64,000 bases of DNA. Origin: a virus. A program made the translations under genes and the position numbers. The stretch lies in the IMG/VR virus record IMGVR_UViG_3300045988_176028. One strand, 5' to 3'. Positions 43,166 through 54,900 of the stretch are shown piece after piece. Below the pieces are notes generated by a model. It was given only the letters and a program-made list of their open reading frames with translations, was not told the origin of the DNA and did not search any database. Every line of letters begins with the position of its first letter. Positions within the stretch are counted from its first letter, which is position 1.

Positions 43166-43501
43166 CTAGCAATACCAGCGTCTACGCCGCTGATATACGT
43201 TTGGTTCATCCCAATCCTCATCCATCATGCCGCTGTTGTAAGTGTTAACGGCGATGCTCAGTGAGTCACGGATTCGGGTTTTATTCCCGTAATCCGTATA
43301 CCAATCGTCCTCAATCCACCGCCAATCCTCCCACCGACGTGCCGGAATATGCGGATTCCTCTTCCGTGAATACGCGTATTTTGCGACTTCGACATACTCC
43401 CAGTGAAACCGTCCGCAATCATAAGTGTGACTGAAACCGCGTGAACGGGCCTCGTCCTCGATAAGCGCATATGGTCTGTCCTTGAATGTTCTCGACATCA
43501 T
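43166..43501 (-). CDS. Arg/Trp-rich hypothetical protein (111 aa)
   Basis: Minus-strand ATG at 43501 after GAGG. Contains ARRWEDWRWIEDDWYTDY. Confidence 0.45.
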   Translation of the reverse strand: MMSRTFKDRPYALIEDEARSRGFSHTYDCGRFHWEYVEVAKYAYSRKRNPHIPARRWEDWRWIEDDWYTDYGNKTRIRDSLSIAVNTYNSGMMDEDWDEPNVYQRRRRWYC

Positions 43502-43661
43502 CGCCTCGTTTCGTGTTCTTGGATTAAATGGTACCGGTAGCGGATAGGTAAACGAAAAACATATCCTCTTTCTATAAGAAAATTCCGTTTTTCCGAAGGT
43601 TGATTGTAGAAAACCTGATATATGTGGAAACAACAATACAAACCTCTAGAGGAGTTAGTCT

Positions 43662-46600
43662 ATGGGTAATCCATTGAGTAAAACTTCCCGGAAAGTCAAG
43701 GACTCCATTCTTAAACGGGTGGGGAAGGCCGCTGTCGCACTGGTTGCGGCGACGGCTACCTTGGCTTCTGGAGTGATAACGACCGGTAGTGCGCTTGCCG
43801 CCACGACTGACGGCCCCGGCTACTGGTTCAATGCGACGCGTTCTGGGAGTTGGTGGATTGGTACTCACGGTAGTTCTCTTGGTCCGCAACGTTATGAGAA
43901 CGGTAATCCGGTGTACTGTGTTGAGGCCGGTGAACCTGTTACTAATACCGGTACTTGGAATAAGGCTACGGATGTGAACCATAAGGTTGGTGCGTGGCTG
44001 GTTGAGAAGCATAAGGGTGATAGCAGTGATTTCACTCAGGCTTCGGTTGCTTATGCGATTCATGAGCATCTTGACCAAGGCAGTAGCCATTTCCGTCAGC
44101 TGGTAGCGGCTGGTTTGGAAGGTGCGGATATCAATGCCGTCGCTTCCAATGCGGCGAATCTTTGGAATGATGCATATAACACTCTTCCCGCTAACCTTAA
44201 TGCCGCCTATGCCTATACCTCTGGCAAGCGTACCGGAACTGTTGACCCCGGCGTTAAGAACTCTAGCGGACAGTACATTGCTGGCATTCAGTACACTGCG
44301 ACGTTGAACGGCCCGGCGAAATTCGACCAGACCGGAACCAATACAATCAGTGGTACGACCACCGGTCAGGCAATGCATATTCCGTGGACGGCAACCGGCA
44401 ACGGAAAAGTAACAGGCCATGTTTCGATTAATGTTCCCACTGCCGCCGTTCTAAATTCCCCCGGTCAGGATATGATGCGGCCTTCCGACCCTGAGAATCA
44501 GACTGCTGATGTTCAGTTCTCTGTGTCGCGTGATTTTCAGCCGACCGTCAGTACCAGAGTCAGCAAGAAACAGTTGACCCGTGGCTCCCCGGTCGAAGAC
44601 CGTGTGACCTCCGGTGTCGCCTCCTCCGACGACGAGTGGGCGGACAACGTGCCCGTCAAATTCAAGGGCTACTATTTCGTCGGTGACTCCAAGCACATCC
44701 TCCAAGTCATCAAGAAGAACAATGGTGAGAATCCGACCGACTATTTGAAGCGCCTGCGTGAAACCGATGGCATCCGTCAGGTTGCCGCAGCAACCACCCG
44801 CTTCATCAAGAGCGGTCAGACCAACACCGTCAAGGCGAAGGCCGCTACCGGTGGCATCGACTATGACAGTGTGAACGGTTTGGACGATTATCAGGTGTCC
44901 GATGAGGACGCCGGACTGTTCGGAACATGGGTTTGGGTTGAAGTCAAGTCAGACCAGTCCCAGCAGGATTACATCAAAGGCGATTACATCGATGAGTTCG
45001 GTAAAACTCAGGAAACGTCCGTGAGTGTTCTGCCGCCGAACCACGACTCCACCGTGTTGGAGCAGGAGTCCGGCATGAACAAGGACATCCTTGATGAAAT
45101 CAACATCAGCCGTCTGCCGTCCGACTACGGTAAGTTCACCGGTGATACGAACTATGGTTTCAACGCTGACGCGAAGGCCAAGATTCGTGTCTGGTGGGCT
45201 GGCTCCGGAACCGGCAACAAGGATGAGGACGAAAAGTACGTCCCGACCACCGAAGAGGAGCCTACTCAGGATGCCAACCACAAGCTGGTTGGCGAATGGG
45301 AAGTTCCGGCCATGAACGGCAAGTACAAGGTCGGCGGCGGTAAAATCGTTCTCTATCCGAGCGATGGTAGCGACGCCAAGACCGTTGCCACTGATGTGAA
45401 CATCAAGGTCACGGATAAGGCCCATTGCGGCTACTACGTGTTCATCTACGACTTCCCCGGCTCCGACCGTGCGGAAGGATTCAAGAGCGCGTACAACAAT
45501 CCGTGGGAACGTTCCTTCGTCACTCAGGACGCGCAACCCGTCACATTGACCACCAACGTGAACAAGACCACCGTCACCCAAGGTGAGAAGTTCTACGATA
45601 CCGCGACCATCTCCGGTCTGGTTCCGCGTGGCTCCTATGTCACCTTCACCGCGTATGACGCCGTGTCCGGCGAGCCGGACGTGTCCACCAACAAGCTGTT
45701 GGACAACACTCGCGTGAACGTCACCAACGACCAAGCCGACCATTCCGACACCACCCAGTTCGAGGTGAAGTCCCCGGAAATCAGCACCAACAAGATTGGT
45801 AAGGTCTACTGGGTTGCGAAACTCTACAATGCCAAAGGAAAGGCTCTCGCGGGTCACGCCATCGGCTTGGAGAACGAGACCATCGAAGTGGTAGGCCCGT
45901 CCCTCACCACCAAGACCAGCGCACAGCAGACCTATGTCGGTCGTCCGTTCCACGACACCGCCGTCATCAACAACAAGATTGACGCGGGAGCCTATCTGAC
46001 ATTCACCGCCTATGACGCGGTTTCCGGCAAGCCGGATACGAATGCCGCGAAACTGCTTGACAACAAGCGTGTGGACATTCCAGCCGACAAGATTGCATCC
46101 TCCGGCGCCGGTAAGAGCTTCACCGTTGACTCCCCGGACGTGACCGCCACCAAGGCCGGTATCGTCTACTGGAAGGCGACGCTCTACAACAAGGGCGGAA
46201 TGGAACTCGCCACCCACGAGCTGGGTGCCACCGGCGAAAGCGTTCTCATCAAAAACCCGTCCATCACCACCAAGGTCAGCAAGGAACAGGTCTCCATCAA
46301 CGAGGAGTTCACCGATACCGCCACCATCAACGGTGAAATCGAATCCGGCGATTACGTCACCTTCGACGCCTACGCTCCGGTTGACGGCGCTCCGAACGCC
46401 CAAGGTGCCAAACTGCTCGACTCCGAGCGTGTGAACATTCCGGCCAAGGATGTCACCGCAAGCCAGAACGGACAGGCCATCAACGTCACCAGCCCGAAGA
46501 CCCACGCCACCGAAGGCGGAAACGTGTATTGGAAGGCCACCCTGCACCGTGCCAACGGCACTGTGCTCGCCACCCATGATTTGGGTGTTGGCGGTGAGAC

Positions 46601-49600
46601 CGTTCAGGTCAAGTATCCGACCATCACCACGCACGTGTCCTCCACGAGCGTCGGTGTCGGAGAGGACTTCTACGACACCGCCGACATCAAGGGTGTCGTC
46701 CACGCGGGTGACTTCGTGGTGTTCCGCGCCTACGATGCGGTCGGTGAGAAGCCTGACACAAACGCCAGCCTTCTGCTGAAAGACCAGAAGGTCAACATCA
46801 CTGCGGCTCAGGCGAAGGATTCCGCTCAGGACAAGACCGTGACCGTCAAGTCCAAGACCGTCAACACCATGAACGGTGGAAACGTGTATTGGAAGGCAAC
46901 CCTGTACGACAAGCAGGGACGCCAGCTTGCCACCCACGACCTTGGACTTCCGGAAGAAACCGTCACGGTTCGTCCTCCGACCATCACCACCCAAGTGACC
47001 AAGGGCAAGGTCAAGCCGAGCGAGGAGTTCGCTGATAAGGCGACCATCTCCGGTAAGGTGCTCAAAGGTTCCTACGTCACGTTCACCGCTTACGACGCGG
47101 TATCCGGCGACCCGGATGCCAATGCTCCTAAGCTGTTGGACAACGTGCGTGTGAACATCAAGGACTCCGATGCGGAAGCTTCCGCGTCCAAGAAGTTCAC
47201 CGTCACCAGCCCTACCACCCACACCGATAACTCCGGTTCCGTGTACTGGGTTGCGACTCTGTGGTCTCCGCAAGGCAAGCAGTTGGCTTCCCACGATTTG
47301 GGTCTGCCGTCCGAAACCGTTCAGGTGAATCCGGGTGGTATCGTCACGTCCAACGCGCAGAAGATGGGTGCGACCGGCGAGCAACTGTACGATGAAATCA
47401 CCGTTTACGATGAGACCAGTGAGGCCGAGTCCGCTGATGGTCAGGTTCACGAGGGTGAAGGCAACAGCAATCCGACCGGCGTCATCGGTCGTATTCCGCA
47501 AGGCTCCACCGTCACCGTGGAAATGTACCGTCAGGCCGAAGAGGATGACGGCGACCAAGGCTTGTTCAAGATTGCCGAGAAGACCGTCACCATCGACACC
47601 AACAAGTTCACCGCAATCAAGGCCGGTCAGGAAGGCAACCGTCCGGGCAAGCTGACTTTCAAGGTCACTGACCCGAGCTTCAAGACCACCAAGGCTGGCA
47701 TGATTTACTGGAAGGCCACGTTGAAGACCCCGCAGGGCGGCGTGCTCGACCAGCATATCTACGGTGAAAAGGGTTCCGACCACAAGACCGGTTACAAGAG
47801 TTACGAACGCACCCCGGTGCAGAAGTTCTCCACCACCGTGTCCAAGAAGTGGCTGAGCGACGCGAACGGCAATTACGAGGACAAGACCACGCAAATCTAC
47901 GACGTGCTCCACCAGACCTCGTATGAGCAGTTCGACGGCGAATCCATCGACGGAGACACCTACACCACCGGCAAGACCGCCCAAACACCGAACGGTGCCA
48001 AAGTCCAGTTTGAAATCTGGGCCAAGGACGGCGCGAACGCTGGCAAGATGGTCAAGCAGTACAATGCCGAAGACCTCCCGAAGGTTCGTGAACTCGCCAA
48101 GAGCGAAGACCCGGACAAGAACCATCCGTATGTGGGTACCGATGGTCTGGACAACTACCAGAACGTCAAATCCTCCACGTTCCCGATTCCGTCCGACTGG
48201 TCTGCGAACAAGTACTACTACCGTGTGAAGATTACCGTCCCGTCCACCACTCCGGGCGCTGGAACCGACCCTGCCGACAACAATCGTGATGTTGTCTGGT
48301 ATGGCGACGATGACGAGTCCGAAGAGTTCGACGTGATTCACATGGACACCAAGAGCACCGAACCGTTGTGGCTCGACAGCATGAACGTGTCCGACGAAAT
48401 CACGTTGAAGGGCAACATTCCGGCTGGCTCCCAGTACGAGGCCGAATTGTGGCGCACAAGCAAGGATGGCAACGTCCGTAAGGACGCGGCCACCAAGCAG
48501 GATGATTCCGACCATAATGGCATCGCCTCCGAAAAGGTCGCCACCACCGGTCGCGTAAACATTCCGTCCAAGGCCATCGGCGCCCACCTCAATGGTGTCA
48601 CCTTCCGCTCCAAGAGCGTGAAGAATCCGGGTGTCGGCTCCTACATCTGGCGTGTGAAGATTTACACTCCGGAAATGCCTCACAAGGATGGCAACGGCGT
48701 GGGCACTGGTGGAGACACCAGCATGAACTCCGCATTCGGTGTCATCACCAAGGAGTGGATGACCGCCGCCAAGGCCACCACCGACGCCGATGACTCCCAA
48801 GCCGGTGACTACTGGCAGAACGCCACCGCCAAGCAGAAGGGCAATGGCGACGGTTACGCCGACCGTTGGCTCCTGTTCGACGGCAAGAACATCGCATCCG
48901 AGAAGTTCGAGGTCGTGAAGCTGACCACGAACGTGACCGGAACCCCGAACATCCACACCAGCGAAGGCGAGCATTACGTCGATGTCACCAACGGCAACGA
49001 TGTGAACGATAAGCTCACCATCACCGGTTATATGCTCAAGGACTACAAGGTCGCGTTCAAGCTGTACAAGCAAGCCGAGAATCAGACCGCCGACAAGGAC
49101 ACCGTCGTCAAGACCCTTGACCCGGTTGCCCTGACCGAAGCCCAGAAGACCCTCGACTCCGCTTCCGTACATCTGACTGACCCCGCCGACTACTACTGGC
49201 AGTGGGTGTTCACCAAGCCGGACGGCACCGCCTTCCAGCCTGACAACATCAACCCGGCAGTCTCCGATAAGCGCATCAAGGACGAGTCCTTCCACGCCGT
49301 CCGCGTGACCACCAGCACCTACAAGTGGGCTTCCAAGAACGGTACCGTTCAGGATGTCGCACGACTCGAAGGCCACCTGCCTGAGAACGCGACGCTCACC
49401 TTCGAGATGCATGATTACGCAACCGGCAAGAAGGTCGCCTCCACCAAGTCCGCCACCCTCAAGGAACTGGGCTTCGACAAGTCCAGCATCGACCAGCAGT
49501 TGACCAGCCCGAGCCTCAAGGTTCCGGACGCAATCGACTACTACTGGGTTGAGGTTCTGAACCTGCCGAAGGATGACCAGAACACTCCGTTGCACACCGG

Positions 49601-51764
49601 CAAGGACAAGGTCAAGAACGAGTCCTTCCGTTCCATCGAAGCGCAGACCGATATCGCCACCGAACGTTATGTGGGCACCGTGGTCAAAGACCATGCCGAC
49701 CTGACCAACGTGAAGTGGAAGCAGTCCGGCGACATCCGCGACGATTTGGCCCAAGGATTGGACGCACGCTGGTTCCTGTACAAGCAGGGCGACGGCGATG
49801 TGAAGACCGATAAGAAGATTTTCACCGGCGACTACGTACATCTGGCCAGCGGACAGACCGAAGCCTACGGCCCCGAACACAAGATGGACGAGGTGGGCGA
49901 CTACTACTGGGTCATCGAAATCAGCGACCCGAGCACGAATCACAAGGTTGTCAAGCTGGGAACCCAGCGCGACCCGCGTGAATCGTTCCGCATCGTAAAG
50001 GCTTCCTCCGAAGCTCAGGTGGCACAGCAGGTCAACAAGCCCACCAAGGACACCGTGACCATCACCGGACATCCGGCAGAAGGCACTCTGGTCTCTTGGA
50101 ACCTGTACAAGACCAATACTGCCGACGACGACGATTATCTGATTGACAAGACTGAGCAGCAGCAGGGCGAGAGCGAAGGCTCCGACGATACTGACGCCGA
50201 TGCCGAACCTCAATCCGATAACGGCGAAGCCTCCGACAGCATGCTCGTCGCAAGCTATCAGACCCCGGCTGATGGTGCTCACCTCATCACCGCCGAGGAA
50301 GCCGCCGAAGCGTTGAAGAACGGCAAGGTGACAGTGGAAAGCCCCGAGTATACTCCGACCGAGGTTGGCGAATACTACTGGGTGTTCAGTCTGACCAGTC
50401 CGACGAAGAACCTCGCCGGTGACGGACAGCCGAACAAGCCGCAGAACGATAAGGACACCAGCCATCTGGAGTCCGAGGACTTCTTCACCGACCGCGCCCA
50501 TGTGGCCGATGAGACCGTCCAGATTATCGACGCGACCACCAAGACCAAGCCGCTGGGACACGTCGGGGAGAAGTTCCATGACACCGTGCTCCTGCAAGGA
50601 CGCGTGCCGGAAGGCTCTCAGGCGGACGCCACCCTCTACCGTCAGGTGGACGGCGACGATTCCAGCAAGGATGAGGAGGTTCTGACCACGAAGCGCACCA
50701 CGCTCTCCGAAGGTCAGGCGTTCGCGGACTTGGAGGATGTGACCGTTGACAAGGTTGGCGTGTACTACTGGCGTGAGCACGTGTACGTGCCGACCAAGCA
50801 CACCACCACCGCAGACCACGACAAGAAGGTGGAAGTCGAGAAGACCCCGACCATCACCGGAAAGCCTCGCGTGAGCAACGAGACCGTCAGCGTGGTCAAC
50901 GTGACCACCACCACCCACCGTCTGGAAGAATCCGGCATCAAACTTCAGGACAAGGCGAAGATTGAAGGCAACGTCGTTGACGGCTCCTACATCATCTTCA
51001 CCCTGTGGAAGCAGTCCGATGGCGACGACTCCAGCAAGGACGAGAAGGTGTTCACCAGCGACAAGGTGATGCTCAAGGCCGGTCAGAAGGAAGCCGACTC
51101 CCCGACCTACGAGGTCAAGGAGACCGGAACCTACTACTGGCGTGAAAGCATCTACAATCCGGTCGAGGACACCGACATTCCGCCGTGCGTCCCGCCGACC
51201 GGAAACACCGACGAAGACCATCCGTGCGACACTCCGGTTCATACCGAGAAGCCGCGCACGCCGGGTGAAACCACCGACGTGGTGAAGGTCGCGACCAAGG
51301 CCCAGAGTAACGGCACCGCCACCAAGCCGGTCAAGGATACCGCCCTCATCGAAGGCAAGATTCCGAACGACGACTACGAGCTGGTGTTCGAACTGTGGAA
51401 GCAGAACGGCAACGATGTGAAGGACGACCAGAAGGTCGCCACCACCGACGCCGTGAACGTCCCGCAGAACGCGACCACGGTCGATTCGCCGGAAGTCACC
51501 CCGTCCGACGCTGGAACCTACTACTGGCGTGAGAAGCTGGTGGAGAAGTCCACCAAGCGGCTCGTCCACTACGGTGAGGCCCGTGTTCCGGGCGAGACCG
51601 TAATCGTGGGCGAACTCGCCAAGACCGGTATCGCAAGCGGCTTCATCATTCCGCTCATCGGAATGCTTGCAGTGCTTGGACTGGGATTGGCGGTCGTTTC
51701 CGAAGGAAAGCGTCGCATCGCTTCCCTCTCGAACGGCGCTCATCTGTCCGGCTCCACGAAGTGA
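43662..51764 (+). CDS. Giant LAxTG-anchored adhesin (2700 aa) with N-terminal thioester-domain-like motifs and about 15 Ig-like modules
   Basis: GGAG RBS and a signal peptide. VYCVEAG (Cys codon 43917-19) and FTQASVAYAI (Gln codon 44037-39). Repeated ...YYW/VYWKATL... modules. C-terminal LAKTG, a TM and KRR. Confidence 0.85.
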   Translation: MGNPLSKTSRKVKDSILKRVGKAAVALVAATATLASGVITTGSALAATTDGPGYWFNATRSGSWWIGTHGSSLGPQRYENGNPVYCVEAGEPVTNTGTWNKATDVNHKVGAWLVEKHKGDSSDFTQASVAYAIHEHLDQGSSHFRQLVAAGLEGADINAVASNAANLWNDAYNTLPANLNAAYAYTSGKRTGTVDPGVKNSSGQYIAGIQYTATLNGPAKFDQTGTNTISGTTTGQAMHIPWTATGNGKVTGHVSINVPTAAVLNSPGQDMMRPSDPENQTADVQFSVSRDFQPTVSTRVSKKQLTRGSPVEDRVTSGVASSDDEWADNVPVKFKGYYFVGDSKHILQVIKKNNGENPTDYLKRLRETDGIRQVAAATTRFIKSGQTNTVKAKAATGGIDYDSVNGLDDYQVSDEDAGLFGTWVWVEVKSDQSQQDYIKGDYIDEFGKTQETSVSVLPPNHDSTVLEQESGMNKDILDEINISRLPSDYGKFTGDTNYGFNADAKAKIRVWWAGSGTGNKDEDEKYVPTTEEEPTQDANHKLVGEWEVPAMNGKYKVGGGKIVLYPSDGSDAKTVATDVNIKVTDKAHCGYYVFIYDFPGSDRAEGFKSAYNNPWERSFVTQDAQPVTLTTNVNKTTVTQGEKFYDTATISGLVPRGSYVTFTAYDAVSGEPDVSTNKLLDNTRVNVTNDQADHSDTTQFEVKSPEISTNKIGKVYWVAKLYNAKGKALAGHAIGLENETIEVVGPSLTTKTSAQQTYVGRPFHDTAVINNKIDAGAYLTFTAYDAVSGKPDTNAAKLLDNKRVDIPADKIASSGAGKSFTVDSPDVTATKAGIVYWKATLYNKGGMELATHELGATGESVLIKNPSITTKVSKEQVSINEEFTDTATINGEIESGDYVTFDAYAPVDGAPNAQGAKLLDSERVNIPAKDVTASQNGQAINVTSPKTHATEGGNVYWKATLHRANGTVLATHDLGVGGETVQVKYPTITTHVSSTSVGVGEDFYDTADIKGVVHAGDFVVFRAYDAVGEKPDTNASLLLKDQKVNITAAQAKDSAQDKTVTVKSKTVNTMNGGNVYWKATLYDKQGRQLATHDLGLPEETVTVRPPTITTQVTKGKVKPSEEFADKATISGKVLKGSYVTFTAYDAVSGDPDANAPKLLDNVRVNIKDSDAEASASKKFTVTSPTTHTDNSGSVYWVATLWSPQGKQLASHDLGLPSETVQVNPGGIVTSNAQKMGATGEQLYDEITVYDETSEAESADGQVHEGEGNSNPTGVIGRIPQGSTVTVEMYRQAEEDDGDQGLFKIAEKTVTIDTNKFTAIKAGQEGNRPGKLTFKVTDPSFKTTKAGMIYWKATLKTPQGGVLDQHIYGEKGSDHKTGYKSYERTPVQKFSTTVSKKWLSDANGNYEDKTTQIYDVLHQTSYEQFDGESIDGDTYTTGKTAQTPNGAKVQFEIWAKDGANAGKMVKQYNAEDLPKVRELAKSEDPDKNHPYVGTDGLDNYQNVKSSTFPIPSDWSANKYYYRVKITVPSTTPGAGTDPADNNRDVVWYGDDDESEEFDVIHMDTKSTEPLWLDSMNVSDEITLKGNIPAGSQYEAELWRTSKDGNVRKDAATKQDDSDHNGIASEKVATTGRVNIPSKAIGAHLNGVTFRSKSVKNPGVGSYIWRVKIYTPEMPHKDGNGVGTGGDTSMNSAFGVITKEWMTAAKATTDADDSQAGDYWQNATAKQKGNGDGYADRWLLFDGKNIASEKFEVVKLTTNVTGTPNIHTSEGEHYVDVTNGNDVNDKLTITGYMLKDYKVAFKLYKQAENQTADKDTVVKTLDPVALTEAQKTLDSASVHLTDPADYYWQWVFTKPDGTAFQPDNINPAVSDKRIKDESFHAVRVTTSTYKWASKNGTVQDVARLEGHLPENATLTFEMHDYATGKKVASTKSATLKELGFDKSSIDQQLTSPSLKVPDAIDYYWVEVLNLPKDDQNTPLHTGKDKVKNESFRSIEAQTDIATERYVGTVVKDHADLTNVKWKQSGDIRDDLAQGLDARWFLYKQGDGDVKTDKKIFTGDYVHLASGQTEAYGPEHKMDEVGDYYWVIEISDPSTNHKVVKLGTQRDPRESFRIVKASSEAQVAQQVNKPTKDTVTITGHPAEGTLVSWNLYKTNTADDDDYLIDKTEQQQGESEGSDDTDADAEPQSDNGEASDSMLVASYQTPADGAHLITAEEAAEALKNGKVTVESPEYTPTEVGEYYWVFSLTSPTKNLAGDGQPNKPQNDKDTSHLESEDFFTDRAHVADETVQIIDATTKTKPLGHVGEKFHDTVLLQGRVPEGSQADATLYRQVDGDDSSKDEEVLTTKRTTLSEGQAFADLEDVTVDKVGVYYWREHVYVPTKHTTTADHDKKVEVEKTPTITGKPRVSNETVSVVNVTTTTHRLEESGIKLQDKAKIEGNVVDGSYIIFTLWKQSDGDDSSKDEKVFTSDKVMLKAGQKEADSPTYEVKETGTYYWRESIYNPVEDTDIPPCVPPTGNTDEDHPCDTPVHTEKPRTPGETTDVVKVATKAQSNGTATKPVKDTALIEGKIPNDDYELVFELWKQNGNDVKDDQKVATTDAVNVPQNATTVDSPEVTPSDAGTYYWREKLVEKSTKRLVHYGEARVPGETVIVGELAKTGIASGFIIPLIGMLAVLGLGLAVVSEGKRRIASLSNGAHLSGSTK
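45537..47322 (+). repeat. Five tandem modules of about 119 aa (about 357 bp) inside the giant adhesin
   Basis: Each module runs ...(I/L)TT.V....V....F.DTA.I.G......Y(V/L)TF.AYDAV.G.PD....LLD...V.I........VYW(K/V)ATL....G..LA.H.LG...E(T/S)V.V. Confidence 0.85.
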
Positions 51765-51816
51765 CGGACTGAACCGGTAGGGGAGGGCCGATAGGGTTCC
51801 TTCCCTACACCGCCTA

Positions 51817-51866
51817 GTTTGGGGAGGTGGGAGAGCATGACTCCCCGCCTCCCCAAACTTTTCTTT
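51817..51866 (+). terminator. Rho-independent terminator
   Basis: GTTTGGGGAGGTGGGA...TCCCCGCCTCCCCAAAC followed by TTTTCTTT. Confidence 0.75.
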
Positions 51867-51909
51867 GAAGGTCTTTAACATAGAAAGAAAAAATACGGAA
51901 AGAGGATAC

Positions 51910-54900
51910 ATGCGTAAACCTATCGCCCTGCTTGCGGCAGGTTCGATGATGCTCATGCCGCTATTGGGGGCAACGAGTGTCGTGCTGACACCCGTATCGG
52001 AGGCTTATGCCGAAACCGCCGATAGCACCGCAAGCGACTATCCGGAAGGTGTCACAGCCTATCTGGACGGTACACGGCTAGCGAGCTTCGACCCCTCCGG
52101 AAACGGAGTATATGACGCGACGGGACAAACTGTGGAACTGTCCGGTGTGCCCGACGATTGGACGGTGCAATGGAGAAGCATGGTCAATGGAATCACCAAC
52201 AAGGATTCCATCATGTACATCCTGTCCAACGGTTCCACCACCTATCGTTACTGGTTCGATGGGGCTGACGGCGCGGTTCATACCGTCGAAGAGCTTCACG
52301 GCATGACAATCACTTTGAACGGTCAGGCTGTGGACGGCGACATCACCAAGGGATTCACCATCCACAACGTGACCGCCAGCGACATGAAGGGATATGAGAA
52401 CACCCCATACGGTTGGGTGCTCGACGGTGATTCCGAAGACGACCACTACACGTACACCGCCCATCCAGAGGATTCGGACACGCCAAGCGTCCAATACACG
52501 TTCATGTATGACGACACCCGACCCCACGACAGCATCAATTCGTTGAGGAACCTGAAAGCGTATCTGACCGTTGACGGCAGCGCCGTGAAAGGATTCGACT
52601 ACACGCTCGCCAACACCGACACCATCGCCATTCCAATGAACACCGACGTGCGTCTGGAAGGCGTACCGGACGGCTGGAAAGTTGACTACAACAATCCTTC
52701 CACCGGGAAACTGAACCGCGTATACACGCTGACCGGCCCCTGTGGGGACACGTTCACCTACATCTTCCATCCGACTTCGGATTACAAAGGATACTATTAC
52801 ATCGACCAGCTCCAATACGTCCGGGCATTCGCTGACGGGGAACTGGTTGACGGATTCGACTACAAGGGAGGCGCATGGAGTTTCCCTGAAACCACCAAGA
52901 ACGTCGAAATCGCAAACGTACCAGACGACTGGAACACTCAACGTACCGTTAATGGCAACATCATCACCTACGTGGTATCCAGTCCGAACAATTCCGTCTC
53001 TGTCACCTACGTGTTCAACATCGCCAAACATCAGGCAAGTCTGGACGAACTGGCGAATGTGAAAGCCATCGTAGGCGGCAACTATGTTTCCGGATTCAAC
53101 CCGAAACAGTCCGGTATCTACGAATACGAAGACGGTCAAGGAATCGCCATCGTCAACGTGCCGTCCGGATGGACTCAGACCACAACCGACGGTGACGGAT
53201 ATAAGGTGTATACGTTGACCAGTGGAGACCTTTCGGTGTCCTACCGTTTCAACAAGCATGTGAAAACCTATTCGGTGGACGAGCTTGCCAAAGTGTCAGC
53301 TTCTACCGACGACGGCGTGGTTCAGGATTTTAAGCCGATGGAGTCCGGCACCTACACCATTGGAGAGCACGCTACCGTGTGGATTACCGGCGTGCCCGAC
53401 GGTTGGGATACCAAATCGTCCGACAATGATATGACCTACACGGTGACTAGTCCCGACGGGAAAATCAAAGTCGTCTACACGTTCAAACATGCGAAGCACC
53501 AGTATTCCGCTTCCGAATTGAAGAACGTCACCGCAAAACTCCCCAACGGAGACTACCTCAACGGCTTCGACCCGGTCTCCGGTGGTGAATTCACCGTACC
53601 GATGGGAACCAAGAACGTGACCATCGGTCATATTCCGAACGGGTGGAACCTCACCAAGAACAATGGACTGTCCTACACGCTAACCAGCAATGATGGGGAA
53701 GTGTCCGTCTCCTATAAGTTCCATGCGAAGAACGGCCATACGGTAGTCTTCGACACTGATGGAGGAACCACTGTCGAATCCCAAACCGTCGAGGATGGGG
53801 GAACTATCACACCACCCGACGACTATCCGTCCAAGACCGGCTACCGTTTTAAAGGCTGGTATAAGGATGGTGTCCCATACGATTTCACACAACCCGTCTA
53901 TGATGATGCGGTAATCACAGCCAAGTGGACGGTAAACACTTACGAAGTGTATTTCGACGCCGGAGCCAGTGACGACTGGTATCCTATGCAGACCATCGCA
54001 TATGGCGATAAGGTCGTCAAGCCGGTTGACCCGACTTTGGACGGTTACGATTTCGCCGGATGGCTGTTGGATGGCAAAGTGTACTCGTTCGACACTCCTG
54101 TCACCGCCGACATGACCTTGACCGCGTCTTGGAAGACCGCGCAGGTGAAGACGCATACGGTAACTTTCACCGGTGCGGGAGACGATTTCATCCAAACCGT
54201 GGCGGATGGTTCCTCGGCCACTGTTCCAACGGTTCCTTCCAAGAAAGGCTACACGTTCGACGGATGGTATTCCGGAGACTCCCTGTACGATTTCACCACG
54301 CCCGTTACGGATGATTTGACTGTGGAAGCCCATTGGACGAAGAACACGTACACGGTCAGCTTCGACTCCAATGGCGGAAGCGACGTGGACTCCCAGCAGG
54401 TGGAATACAAGGATACGGTGTCCCAGCCGGACAATCCGACATTGGACGGTTATACATTCCAAGGTTGGACTCTTGACGGCGACCCGTATGACTTCAACAC
54501 TCCAGTCACCTCCAGCATCACGTTGAAGGCACTATGGTCTAAGAACACGCCAGTAGCCAAAAAACATACGGTCACATTCGACAGTAGCGAGGGAAGCAAG
54601 GTCGATAGCCAAACCGTCAAGGAAGGCGACCCCGTGTCCAAGCCTGACAATCCAACCCGTGAAGGATACACGTTCAACGGTTGGCTGTTGGGCGGAGACC
54701 CGTATGATTTCACCACTCCCGTCATGCAGGATTTGACGTTGACGGCCTCTTGGACGAAGAACAAGAGCACGTACACCGTGAAGTTCGATTTGAATGGGGG
54801 AGATGGCAATATCGCAGACCAGAAGGTCAAGGAAGGCTCCACCATCGACCGTCCGGCCAATCCGACCCGTGAAGGATACACGTTCATGGGATGGCAGTAT

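Noticed and set aside
43600-43645. A possible copy of the conserved box upstream of the giant adhesin (TGATATATGTGGAAACAACAATACA).
   Set aside because: Only the TGATATA...GGAA part matches, GTTCACA is absent, and the nearest -35-like hexamer (TTGATT) is only 13 bp away. It is kept only as a weak look-alike in the finding text.
44949-51956. A 2335-aa ORF on the minus strand, the second-longest in the track.
   Set aside because: It lies exactly antisense to the giant adhesin gene. Its product is a monotonous G/V/R/L/D-rich sequence with no start context, and it extends through the adhesin terminator. This is a typical antisense open frame in GC-rich repetitive coding DNA. The + strand product has a signal peptide, repeats and a sortase signal.
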